NCBI RefSeq assembly: GCF_022539665.2
Contig: NC_081334.1
Coordinates: 2,418,001 to 2,482,000 of the forward strand
DNA: 64,000 bases
From: Daphnia carinata
Taxonomy: Eukaryota
Direction: 5' to 3'
Shown: positions 1 through 11,962 of the stretch, piece by piece
How positions within the stretch are numbered: position 1 is the first letter of the stretch
Layout of the letters: each line of letters opens with the position of its first letter
Program-made: the position numbers and the translations under genes
Notes under the pieces: generated by a model
Told to the model about the DNA's origin: nothing
The model's input: only the letters and a program-made list of their open reading frames with translations
Databases searched by the model: none

Positions 1-2049
1 AACTCCACTAAATCGGCAACCCGAAAAATCAGGGACGTGAACGGTAGTCAAGCGCGTTGTCCATACTAACTAAGAAACACGCCATGAATATCGGCATTCA
101 TAGTTTCACAGTTCATAGATAGTTTTCCTTTTCCTTGTGGTTGGTTGCCCCTTGTTGTTCTTTTGTATTTTTTTTTCCTTGTCTTTCGTCGTTCGAGTTT
201 CCTTTGCCAACATCAGAGATTCCACCGGTTTCTTCCGTATCGAAATTAGAAAAGAAATAGATGCGGCAACTACTTCGTCTTGACTACCCTCTTCCGCACC
301 CGCCTAGATGCTTACCCTTTTTTTCGTGAGGGGTCCCTCTTTTCTTTTTCCCTTTTCCTATTTTTGTGTTGTTAAACAGCTGGCCAAGAATCAAACAGTA
401 TTTCCGGCGAGTTTATGAATTCGTAAGGCAAGAGTTATGTGAACATGAGACAGGATCCAAAGAATGCGGTCATTATTTTCCCTCAGGTCGTTGAACTTAA
501 CTCTTCTTTTATCTGCCTTGTTTTTTTTGTGTTTTTTTAAATCAGGCCAACGGATTAGGGTTCCAGTTCAGTTCCAAATTTAAATTCAGTTTTATTTGAT
601 TAATATCAACTAATTCACCATAACAGTGCGTTTTTTTTTATAATTTTCTTTTGTTTTGCCATTTTTTTTCTTTTTTTTTTTTCTTTTTTTAACTTTTTCT
701 TTGCTCATTAACGGTATGCGCTGACGATATAACTCGCACTCGATGCACATCTTTTTTCTTATTAAAAACATTTTTGATTTCGGCTTTGGTTTTCTTCTTG
801 GAAGTCTCAAATTTCGATTCCAACGTTTGTAATCATTCCGTATCTTTTGTGTTTTTCTCGTTTATTCTGCAAATGTAAAAACAAACAAACAAAAATCCGC
901 TCTTCTCCGCCACGATGCGCTCTCCCCGGCCTACACTTGTGTGTGCGTGCCCCCGATGATTAAAAACAAAAAATGTAAAAACCAAAACAAAAACTGATCT
1001 ACGACGAAAAAGCCCGAAGACTGGTTAAAGTCAGCGTCGGAGTGCGTGTCTTTCGAAGCGTGCGGACCCAGAGGGTGAACTGTTGAGAATGAGGAAAGAA
1101 ACAGAGTGACACATTCACGAAACACCGCGTAAAGATGATTCTCTATGTATCCACTTCCCCCCATTCTCACCGCGTCAGGTATTCACTTGTTCTCGTGTGA
1201 CAGCTCTTGGCATTTGATTTTTTTCATTTTTTTTTTTTTACGTTTTTTTGGCCGTTGCCGCCAACCCCACCGCCTCGTTTTTCTTTTATCGTTTGGCTTT
1301 GTACGGTTGCTTTTTTAACATCACAATTTTTCTTTTCTTTTTTAATTTGATTTAATCGAACTGGAAAGCGTGCGCTTAATTCTCCGTACGTATATAAGTT
1401 GGGCATTTATTGGTCTCCGCTTAACTTCCTACTGATTTATGCAAGTGCCGCATAGCGTAAAAAAGAGCATGTTCATTGCTTGGGTAAAAAAATATTTAAA
1501 TTCATAAAATGAGCTAATGATTTTAATGCAAGAAGAGTTGGTGGGAGGGGGGTTAATTTCATATCATTATTCGCTGTTCAAACGATTCTCGGACAGCAAA
1601 ACTCGTTAGCTGGAATGTACAGGAATTTAAAACATTTAAAGAATCATTCTATATTTAAATTCGCCGAGGTTTTTCACTTTCAGTGTTAGATATTTATATG
1701 TATGAAACCATGTAATTTTTAAATCATGTTTCTGCATTCATCACGACGTGAAAATGCTGGCACCATTTAAATACGGATGTCCATTAATCCACCGAATAAT
1801 CCACTTTTGATCGTTTGCCTGAATCACTTCATTCCTGTGCATTATCATTACGTTTCGTCATCTAACTCTCCGAAATTTTGTTTGTTTGTTTGTCTCCATT
1901 GTCATAATTTTGTTCTGTGTATCCTTTCCAGATCGTTTGCGTCGCACGGGCCGCGCTCCTCGCAATTTGACAGCTGGCTACATCCTGAAGAAAGACACTC
2001 CCAATACGAAAAAAAGCAACACTGGGCAAGAATTCAAAGTATATACTGA
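1..2049 (+). CDS. 3' exons of an unidentified gene entering from the left (exons ~1-43, 380-422, alternative terminal exon 1932-2049)
   Basis: GT-AG bounded segments join in phase: NSTKSATRKIRDVN / GQESNSISGEFMNS / SFASHGPRSSQFDSWLHPEERHSQYEKKQHWARIQSIY*. Read-through of the 423 donor gives an immediate TAA. Family not recognised. Confidence 0.35.
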
Positions 2050-3013
2050 ATGATTGAACATATAGGGAGCTTAAAGAGAACGTTATGATGTGTTTTTTTT
2101 TTCAATTAAATCAAATCGTCAAAGAAATAATAAGAAATTGAGAAGAGCGCCGAGACGACGAGTAACGTTGCTTTCATCCTTTCATCTCTATTTTTATTCC
2201 CATTTTCACGTCTTTTTTATGATAGAGAATTCGTTTACTCATACAATTTTTTTTTCCTATTATATCCACCATACATTACGCCCCTTTATCAAAATAAGCG
2301 CGTGATCGTTACTGACGGATTGCTTTTGTTCCAACTCATCACGGATGCGCTCGTAGTCTCCTGTGGAAATATGAGGTTCATCCGTTGTGGGTTCCAAAGG
2401 CATTTGGTCAGTTGTGTGTAAGTAACTATATCAATGATTTCAATCCCCTCGATGTTTTTCTTTCATTTTCCCCATCTGGCTTGAGCCTTCGGAAGTAGTA
2501 GACTTAAACTAATTTTCAGCTTGTCTTTTATCCTTTTCCCTTCCCGATACTCCTACCCATTGACACAATTATTATTATTATTTTTTTGTTTTGTTTTCTC
2601 GGGTTGTATGATCAGATACTTTGTCCAGCAGGCTCATACATTTACACACGCATACACATTCGCAACAAAGTGCGCGAAAAGAAATATCAGTTACGTGTAG
2701 CCGTTCATATCCCGTCCCTTACGTGATCACATTAGTTCGTGGATATGCGGCCTCCAGTGTGTCTGTGTGTTAGCATTATTGTGAACCTATGTTTGTAGGT
2801 GTTGTCTATGAATATATACAAGAGGGATTACATTGTGTTCTTATGTTATAAATGTTGTTTGCAAACTTAATAACGTTCCAAGCAGAACGAGCAAACAACA
2901 ACATATTATGACTGTATTCGTGGACTTGAGCGCTAGCAAGAGATGAGGTTGTTTACAATCTAAAGCTAACAAAGGTGTCGCTGTAGTCGCTAGGTGTCAG
3001 TACTCTTCTAAAC

Positions 3014-3812
3014 ATGGCGTCCTCCTGTGAACTGTCAAAATTGGCTTATTCCAAGATTATTTTACATGCCTTTAAATATCCACACACTGCAGTAAATGGA
3101 GTTTTACTTGCTAACGAAGGTTCTAGTAACCATTCCGTTAAATATGTGGATGCAATCCCCCTGTTCCATCATAATTTAGGGCTAGCTCCAATGTTAGAAG
3201 TGGCCTTAATGCAGGTCATAATTCAATATATTTTGTCTCCCTATTACAAATAATTAAATATAATCTAAAATTTGTGCCGAACATCCAGATTGATAGCTAC
3301 TGCCGTACTGCTGGACTAGTCATAGCTGGATATTATCATGCCAGTGAGGCAGTTGCAGAAATGAGGTATGCTACCACAATAATTTAAAACAACAATGTAA
3401 AATCATAATTATTTAATTTTCAGTCCAGATATTGTTAGTCAAAGAATTTGCGAGAAAATTGCTGAGTATTTCCCAAGTGCATGTCTAGTTTTGATAAACA
3501 ACCGTCAACTTGCAAAGCAAATGACGCATACTTCACTCAGTGTTGTTCAGTATTGTGATGGAGGAAAATGGAAAGTCAAAGACAAAGAAAAGTAAATTTT
3601 GTTTATTTTCATCAGTTAACTATTGCTTTAAAAAACAAAACTTTATTGATGTTCATAGCTTCAAGATTCTTCCCAACAATGACACAGCATTGGATTCAGT
3701 TTCAAGTTTGCTTTCCAAGAAGCTTTATAAAAAACTTGTCGATTTTGATGACCATTTTGATGATATTAGTCAAGATTGGCTGAATGTAAAACTTAAAAGC
3801 ATGATTGATTAA
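3014..3812 (+). CDS. EMC8/9: ER membrane protein complex subunit 8/9 (inactive MPN domain, Neighbor-of-COX4 family), 4 exons
   Basis: Motifs AYSKIILHAFKYPHTAVNGVLL, VDAIPLFH, LAPMLEVAL, IAGYYHA and C-terminal LVDFDDHFDDISQDWLN; short GT-AG introns. Confidence 0.95.
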
Positions 3813-4077
3813 TGTTTATTTCTCATGGATTTCTGCTTTTCAAGTCTGGCTGCTGTTCTGAATAATTGGAATATACGATTTTAGTTGCACCTCTAGTTCA
3901 CTGAGTAATAATCACTTTGGGTTTTGTAGCGGCCGAATCAGTCGGTGGGCAAAATAACCTTAGACATCTAGATTAGATAATTCTGTCCCATACCGCATCC
4001 AAACTGTTCTCGTTTTCTCCTGCGACTATTATACTCCTTGGATTGTTAAATTTTCAGACGCGAGTTAGAAAAACAAC

Positions 4078-6597
4078 ATGGCGGCTGTCAAACTTAAATT
4101 TTCATCAGCCCTTTCATCGTCTGATCCGCATACAAATCCGGTCGTTATAATTGGTAATTGCCTTTAATTGCGATATTTTGGCAACCTGTTACTATTTCTA
4201 ATTCAATGTAGGCATTCCTAAGAATCTTGCCAAAATCAACTACCATGACATAAATGTGAAGTTTGGGGCAAGAATACCTGAAGAGGTAAGTGAACCAGCA
4301 AAAAGTTATAATCACAACCTAGATTTGTAAAATCCATAACCTCCTTCAAGACTTTCTCCTCAGCCTTGAATGCTGTTCAATCAAGTCCAGATGTTTGCCC
4401 TTTATACTTGAACTCCGCAACTCTATCTCCTCTTCCTACAAAATGTAGCAGGCACAATGCCCCTTCAAGATCCCATGCAATCACTAAATGTGTGCGTTCA
4501 GCAGCTGTCTCTGGAAAAGACAGTTTCATTGTGGTAACATTATGCACTACCGTTTTATTTTTTATTGATTAACACGAATACTTCACAATATAGATTGCTT
4601 GTGAAAAACAAGATGTTTTCCCTTCAGCCATTGCAGTTGCTAGAGCATACCCACTCTATTCAAAAAAGACAAATCTATCGAATAAATTGCCAGCTGGAAG
4701 TACAAGTTCAGAGAAATTACCAATCACTGTGACTGTTGAGTACCTGTTAGTTGGCAATGCTAGCCCCCTGACTGAAGATGAATGCCTAATGCTAGAGAGA
4801 GCTGCAGAATCTGTACGAACTACCGCTCGTATAGTCGACACTCCATGCAATGAAATGAACACCGACCACTTCCTTGAGGTGAAACACTAAAACATGATGT
4901 CTGCATGTGCTTAGTAGTTTTCGCTTCACGGGCGCCTTTTTTATTTCTCGTTATTTAGGAAATCAGCATAGTTGCAAAAGAACTGGGGATTGAGCCGTTC
5001 GTTATTCGTGATAAAGAACTTGAGAATCAAGGATTTGGTGGTATTTATGGAGTGGGAAAGGTTAGTTACAAACTTACGCGAGTTTTTTAAGGTTAATTTT
5101 ATGTTTTTTCGTATTTCAGGCTGCTTTGAATCCGCCTGCTCTTGCCGTTTTGAGTCATCTGCCTAAGGTATTCTGTTATATTTGAATGTTTGTTTGGTTT
5201 TTCTATAGTCAACGGTGTTTTTCTTGGAAAGGGGGCTACTAAAACCATTGCGTGGGTTGGTAAAGGAATAATGTACGATACAGGTAAACTTTTCTATTTT
5301 GAATATTAATTTTCCATTCTCAAACTACTGTTCCTCATACAGGTGGTTTGTCGATCAAGGGCAAGGTAATTAAAGCACATATTTTGGACATATGTTTTCT
5401 TAATTGACCAGTTTTTGCCTTTCATTTGATTCGTCTTATTAATGTACAGACAGCTATGCCAGGTATGTTCTGATTACGAGAAATGAGATACTTAAAAAAT
5501 AATTAACTTTTTTCTTATCTTAAGGAATGAAGCGCGACTGTGGAGGGGCGAGTGGGGTAATTTTATTTGTTTGTTTTTTTTCACCTAAAAATTTATTTTC
5601 TCTTCATTCATTTTCTTTATTTCCATTTAAAATAGATTTTAGGCGCTTTTCGTCTGGTGAAACCTATATTGAAATATTGTTGCCTTAAACAGCTTAATTA
5701 GAACTAAAATTTACAGGCTGTCCTGACCGGCTTTAAGGAAAATTTACACGCCGTGTTTTGTTTGGCAGAGAATTCTGTCGGCCCATTGTCGACTCGGCCG
5801 GATGATATTCATACACTATATTCGGGTCGAACGGTCGAAATCAACAATACGGATGCAGAAGGCCGCCTGGTTTGTGTTGCTCACTCATCTTGCAACCAGT
5901 ATTATTAAAAATAATCTAAACTTTGAATATCACAGGTTCTGGCGGATGGCGTATTCTACGCTCATAAAGACTTGAAAGCTGACATTATTCTAGATATGGC
6001 AACTCTAACAGGAGGCCAGGTATTCGGAAAGAAAACTTTCTGCTCAAGACACTTGATGAAGTGCATAAATATACTGTTTTTTTTTAGAGTGTTGCGACAG
6101 GTAAACAACACGCCGCTGTGCTTACCAACAACGAGCACTGGGAAAAAGCAATGGTTAATGCTGGACTGGTCTCTGGCGATTTGACATTTCCGATTCCATT
6201 CTGTCCAGAGTTTCACTTCTCTGAGTTCAACTCAGCTGTTGCTGACATGAAAAATTCTGTCGCTGTAGGGAAATTACTTGTCTTAATTAGTAAAGATATA
6301 TTTAGATTAAAAATTGTTCTTTTTCTTTAGGATCGTAGCAATGCATTGTCCTCATGTGCGGGGCTTTTTATCCTAGCACATCTTGGATTTGATTATCCTG
6401 GTGTCTGGATGCACGTCGATATGGCTGCTCCAGTTCATTGTGGAGAAAGAGCAACCGGCTATGGCGTAGGCTTTTTGGCATCCTTATTTGGTCGATACAG
6501 CAACAGCACTTTACTTCAGAGCATTAGCCCGGTCATTGATGAAGATATAGCCGAAGATGCGAGAGAAAATGAAAAAAAGAAAATGCGGCTGAATTGA
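4078..6597 (+). CDS. NPEPL1: Probable aminopeptidase NPEPL1 (peptidase M17), many small exons
   Basis: Spliced translation gives [81 protein letters not shown] and [18 protein letters not shown]. Confidence 0.95.
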
Positions 6598-7095
6598 ATC
6601 GATTATACTGTTTAACTGACGTAGGATGTTGAAAATTGGAGCTGGCCTTTAATGATAATTTTCATTGCTTATCTAGGCAATGAAGTGATTTTGATGGCGT
6701 AGCTCTCCTAGGGGTAGCTCTGGTGTAAAGAGTGTTTCCTAATTGGGTATTAAAAAGAGTTGGTACGTTGTATCGAATTATTCTTCATGAAACTTGATTA
6801 CATCGTTGACTGAACAATCTTTTTCTTTATTTTATCTGTTGGTATTTAGCCACATTCCTGCAATCATTTCACATTCCAAAATTTCTTCTTCTTGCTCACA
6901 TATGTGAGCAAGCGGTCGTCATATACTCGGACGACGACAGACTTGCAAAACCGAAACTTATATGGGTACATGTACTATTTCTCGTGCTTTGTAAACTTTT
7001 ATCTCGCCGCCTTGTATTTTCATTTTGAACAGTACTGAAATCCTTATACAATTTTAAATTCAAATAATGTATTTTCCTAGAATATTAGATTTTTG

Positions 7096-7516
7096 GAGTA
7101 TATCTTGTGATATTCAACCAATTCCGATAAGTGTTAGGTTTTGCAGGAAAAAATGTTAAGCCCGACTAAATAAGCCCGACTCGTCTTATTTTTGCACGAA
7201 TATTCGATGTAATTAAAAAACGGCTAACTTGACAAGAAAACGAATGATTTTTTCTGAATCGGTGTTAAATTTTGATTATACTCAGTGATTTTCATCGAAT
7301 TCCAAGAGATGTCATTTTTTGGCCGATATTGACAAAAGTGGTAAGGCTATAGCCTTTGCACTTTTTCATTTTTGGCTAAATTTTAAATTTTGCTTAAAAT
7401 ACATGATTCCAATTCAGAATTGAATGCTTATCATGGAAATCAAATTTATTTTTCAATTGGTCTTATGGTTTTTTAATTAAACGTAAAAAACGAAAAAATA
7501 AGAAAAGTCGGGCTTA
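7096..7516. mobile_element. Same MITE with the right TIR largely deleted
   Basis: Matches 20626-21046; the last 75 bp are replaced by a 12-bp filler. Confidence 0.8.
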
Positions 7517-7944
7517 ATAATCAGCAAGAAAATTACATGCTGATTCCGGGAAAATTGCTATTTTTTTTCATTAAGTTTATCGTTTTTGAAATACACCGAA
7601 TATTTGATACATTACTAGCGCGCCAGTACGCTACAGCGCTAGCGCGATGCAGCAGAAATATTTGGGTAAAACGGGTTGCCATATTGCCATAGTTTTCACA
7701 ATTTCTTTTCATACGTCTGTAAAGCGAATGGCGATGATTTCGAAATATGGCAGATGTGGATCGGTTAACTAATTATGACTATATCTACCTACACTACCAA
7801 TAGTTGACGATCTGTCGAGCGTGCCGGTGTGATTTGTCCGTGGGAGAAGCAGTCTAGAAAGTCAACGTAATATAGTGCCGTCTCATCCATTATTTTAGAT
7901 GACATCCTTTGTCACATCAATGAAAATTCTAATCCTTCTAATAG

Positions 7945-8407
7945 ATTTACCCAACTGTGAGCAAGAGTCAGCTTCGGGAATGTAAGCGCTCAGCAGATAC
8001 AACAACGAGCCATATTCAAGTTGTAGCACAAAGTTCGTACAGTTGTGATTATTCCCGAACACCTATGCGGTAGGAAATGCTTGACAGGCAAATGGTACGA
8101 TAAAATCCCATAAACATGAATCGAATGAATAAATTGAAAGGCAAATGGTACAATAAAATTCCATCAATATCAATGTAATGAATAGATTTTTCCATCCAGG
8201 CTTTGCGGCAACTGCCATATAGCTTCTTATTGCATGATGGAACAAGGATTCACCATCGTCATCAAGTATGTTACACATGGTAATGCATTTCTACAGAGTT
8301 AGCTTAATTTACTAACTTTAATCAAACATTTGCTATATTAGGCAGAACACTGCTGAAAGAATGTAGGGATATGACGAACAGGACTTCGGAAAATGTCTAC
8401 CCCAAGG
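7945..8407 (+). pseudogene. Spliced Cys-rich gene fragment inside the TE block (also ~21538-22000)
   Basis: Three AG/GT-bounded segments join in frame: ...SCDYSRTPMR / LCGNCHIASYCMMEQGFTIVIKYVTH / GRTLLKECRDMTNRTSENVYPK. CxxC...YC resembles half of a zinc finger. No start or end established. Confidence 0.35.
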
Positions 8408-10789
8408 GTGATGATTACATTTGTCTTCTCACCATTAATCAGCTGTAGGATAAAACTTGATGTACTATCAAAATATTTCACTCTTTCTTATTAGTAAAAT
8501 GCAACACAACTTAATTGTTCTTTTTCTCTCTTTTAGGATTTCCCGGGTAAAACTGTGTTGCTAATGTAATGTTACGGATGCTTCCTAATCTGTCTAGCAG
8601 TCATTTTCAAGGATGATCAAATCAGGAGGTTTAGAAGAAGTATATGTCTAACATTGAATTTTTGAATGGGTTTACCCAACATTTTTTTCATTAGCTTATA
8701 GAACAGCCAGCCAATGACACACAATTTAACTGTTTGATAACTTTTTGGAAGGACATTATATGATGGAGGATCAGCCATTCAAAGTGGCATTTTATGGTAG
8801 ATATTTCAACCACTCATTGTTGTTTGTAGTGAACACATACGTTCTTCAATAACAAAACAAAAAAATGTTTTGCTTTCTAGATTGGGCTGAATCACATTTC
8901 TGTTATTCTGTGGCTGATAGATGGACCGGTACTGATTAACTTTGTTTGCGTAATTAATTTTTTTCGTTATTTTTGTTAAAATTCCAGTCTGCGTTGGTTC
9001 TGTTATGCGGACAAATAGCATAAATTTTTTCTTTTCAACGTTATAATTGGATAGTGTCAAGCTGATTAGATTCATTTAGGTGTTCATTTTACTGTCAGCT
9101 ATTAATATTTTGCATTCCATATAATCGTAATTCCCAGTGAATAATTGAAGTGCTGGAAAATAAAATTAATTTTCTTTACAATTTGATTTCAGGGTATCTT
9201 TAGATTTTTATAGTTTTGAGTTTATTCAAGAGTCTGCAAGCTCTTTGCTGACTTCCTCATTCAGATATCGCCTGTCGACGATTTCACAGCCTCACGCAAT
9301 TAAAGAACGTATGACAAAAAGTAAGTGATCTAAGCTAATGAACACAATGCAATGTATTCTAACTATACCATTCAAAACAAAATTCCAGGCAAAAATGATG
9401 TATTCGGAGCAGAAAAATGAAGGTGTATCCATTTAATTGAAATAGGCACACGACAACGCTCAATCGACGTCCTTGTCTCAGTAGAGAATTTTTTCCGTTG
9501 AACATATGGCCGAAATAATATTGCAGTTGTTCAAGAAAGAAAATTGTATTGTCAGACAGCATTAATGTTTAATAGCTTGAAATCCAGAGATGTGTGAAGT
9601 TGCGAAATTTCTAGATGTGAAGTGCAATCAAGCTTCTTGTTGAATTGTGAACCCAAATTATGTATTTCCTAGAAATATCTAGGTTTTTGGATAAATAAAT
9701 AAAAGACAGTGAAAAAACTGGGCTCAAAAACGTGTTAAATCGCTATATTATAAAAATACTGTTCATGATTTTGGTCGCTGCATTTGTTTAAATAAAATTG
9801 AAATGGTACAAATATGGGGGGGGGGGGGGTCGCCCCCCATATTTGCCATTCACGCTCAAGAAGTTTGTAAAAAGAGTTCACATCAGTGCAGTTCCCGTCT
9901 CGAAAAAACAAGATTTTCAGTTTTTACGAATATTTCGGTTATTAATTGGAAAACAAGATGACGCTGCTGTGCCACTGTTTACTTAGTGACTGTGGGAGTA
10001 GTGAAACCTGTGTTCGAAAAGTTTTTGTGAAGTATGTCGTATTCCAAGGGAAAATTCAAGAAAATCTAATGGTGGTTCTGTGTGTTTTCATCCTAGAGTG
10101 TGTTTTGCAAGTGAAGCCCACAAAATGCTTGGTTTTTATGTTACATGTCTTGTAATCACCTATGTCAGCTGTCAAACCAAAAACTGTTCGCAACCCAATA
10201 TGTTGCATTCATCAAACTATTCTGGTGCTCATTGAGAGGTATAAGACTTATGTTTTGTTATCAGAATCTCACTGATGGATTTGCTTTTAAGGTTTAGCTC
10301 ATGAAACTTCATTTGTAAAGGATACTTCCCGTTGAGGAGTGTCACCAAAGATGCAAATCCTATGGGTAGGAATACCATAATAGTATTCTTCTAATCTTTA
10401 ACCATTCATGGTCTCCTATCAATTGTAATCTAACAGTTGCACTAAATTCGTCTTATGCTGCAGTGCCAACTGAAACCACAGCCATTTCCGAAGTTATATA
10501 CTATACTTAGCCTACCAACAGACAAAGACATGTACCTCAACACAATTTATATTGGTATTGGTAAACTTTTCTCATACCTAGTATAGTTTGTTTGTTTTAT
10601 AAATTCAATATTCAACCATAGGACTGCCAACTCTTTGCCGTCTGCTGCCTATGTGCTGGCCCTACAGTATTTCTAGCCATTGGACAACAGAAGTAAGTCA
10701 AATTGCTTTCATACATTTGGCTACATCAGCAATCTTATATTTCCCCCTAAGTAATTCTTTTTCTTTACATCTACGATACAGAACAAAGC

Positions 10790-11250
10790 CTTCTTCCTCT
10801 TCTCCACGCCCGTCTTCACCTCGCCCGTCATCCCATCTTCGCTTCGCCTGTCGTCCCGCCTTTGCATCGCCCGTCGTCCCATCTTCGCCTCGCCCGTCGT
10901 CCCGTCTTCGCCTCGCCCGTCGCCCCGTCTTCGCCGCGCCCGTCGCCTCGCCCCGTCTTCGTCTCGCCCGTCGCCTCGCCCGTCGCCCCGTCTTCGTCTC
11001 GCCCGTCCCGTCGCCTCGCCCGTCGCCTCGCCCGTCGCCTCGCCCGTCGCCGCGTCTTCGCTCCGCCCGTCGCCTCGCCCGTCGCCTCGCCCGTCGCCGC
11101 GTCTTCGCTCCGCCCGTCGCCCTGTCTTCACCCCGCCCGTCGTCCCGTCTACGCCTCGCCGGTCATCCCTTCTTCGCCTCGTGGTCGCCCCGCCTTCGCC
11201 TCGCCCGCCATCCCGTCTTCGCTTCGTGGTCGCCGCGTCTTCGCCTCGTC
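10790..11250 (+). repeat. GC-rich minisatellite of cgcctcgcccgt / cgtcttcg units, copy 1
   Basis: Directly visible degenerate 12-mer array; it generates spurious low-complexity ORFs on both strands. Confidence 0.9.
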
Positions 11251-11289
11251 GTTTTGGTATTGTGTGTGTTTTGCAATGTTTATTCTTAA

Positions 11290-11611
11290 CTAACCCGTTG
11301 GCTGCCACCCACTTTTTATCCCCTTTTTTTTTTTTGTAGCGTGACAGGGACGGGCCACGCTGTTCTGCGCCATGGCTATCTGCCATGGGGTGGAGCAGCG
11401 CCACTGCCCAAGATTGGCCGAATGGCCCGCAAGGCAATGCACCGTTAGGGAATCCCTTTATCGAGACGGCGATGTAGACCTGGGATGTGCATTTCCGTAA
11501 AGGTCTCATCGCCGTTTCAGCCCGGACTGTCCTCAGTCCCCCTTGGTCGCTATCCTTTAGATAGCGATGTAGCTATAGTAGATAGTAGTGGCGTGGCAGC
11601 CAACGTGTTAG
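11290..11611. mobile_element. piggyBac-type MITE with TTAA target-site duplication, copy 1
   Basis: TTAA|ctaacccgttggctgccac ... gtggcagccaacgtgttag|TTAA: 19-bp TIR with 1 mismatch, flanked by TTAA on both sides. Confidence 0.85.
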
Positions 11612-11732
11612 TTAAGTGTATTTGTATGTATTGTATGTTGTATTATGTGGAATATGTATAGTGGTGGATTTGTGGGTGGAAGGAGGGAAAATAAAATGCT
11701 TTGTAATATTATTTGTTTAGTTGTTTAATTGA

Positions 11733-11800
11733 CTGGTATGGGGATCGAACCCAAGTATTCTAGCATGCTAAGCAATAGCTTTGCCATTATGCCATCTATA
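11733..11800 (-). other. Degenerate tRNA-Ala(AGC)-like sequence (pseudo-tRNA or SINE head); also 25184-25251
   Basis: Minus strand: A-box tggcataatgg, loop gcTTAGCATgc as in tRNA-Ala(AGC), T-arm gggttcgatcccc. Acceptor stem poor. Confidence 0.55.
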
Positions 11801-11892
11801 ATTTGTTATTACCTTGATAGGCATTCCATAATAACCTAATGACGAACTTATTTTAACATACGCATCAAAATCTAAACTAATGCATGTAAGGA

Positions 11893-11962
11893 CAGTCATG
11901 GCGCAATGGTAGCGTGCCGTGCTGGAATACTATAGGTTTGTGGTTCAAATCCCACATGAACG
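11893..11962 (+). other. Degenerate tRNA-like sequence (pseudo-tRNA or SINE head); also 25344-25413
   Basis: A-box tggcgcaatgg, D-stem gcgc/gcgt (gcgc/gcgc in copy 2), T-arm gtggttcaaatcccac. Anticodon arm irregular. Confidence 0.55.

Noticed and set aside
8063..8278. Minus ORF with ankyrin-like DDDGESLFHHA
   Set aside because: Only a single partial motif, and the opposite strand has better splice signals and an in-frame Cys motif.
10790..11250. CRISPR-like array
   Set aside because: Contiguous degenerate units without unique spacers, eukaryotic context and no cas genes.
10651..11509. Long overlapping ORFs (212, 262 and 143 aa; also 24244-24960)
   Set aside because: Products of the stop-free GC minisatellite. 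They cross a MITE boundary and change frame between the duplicates.
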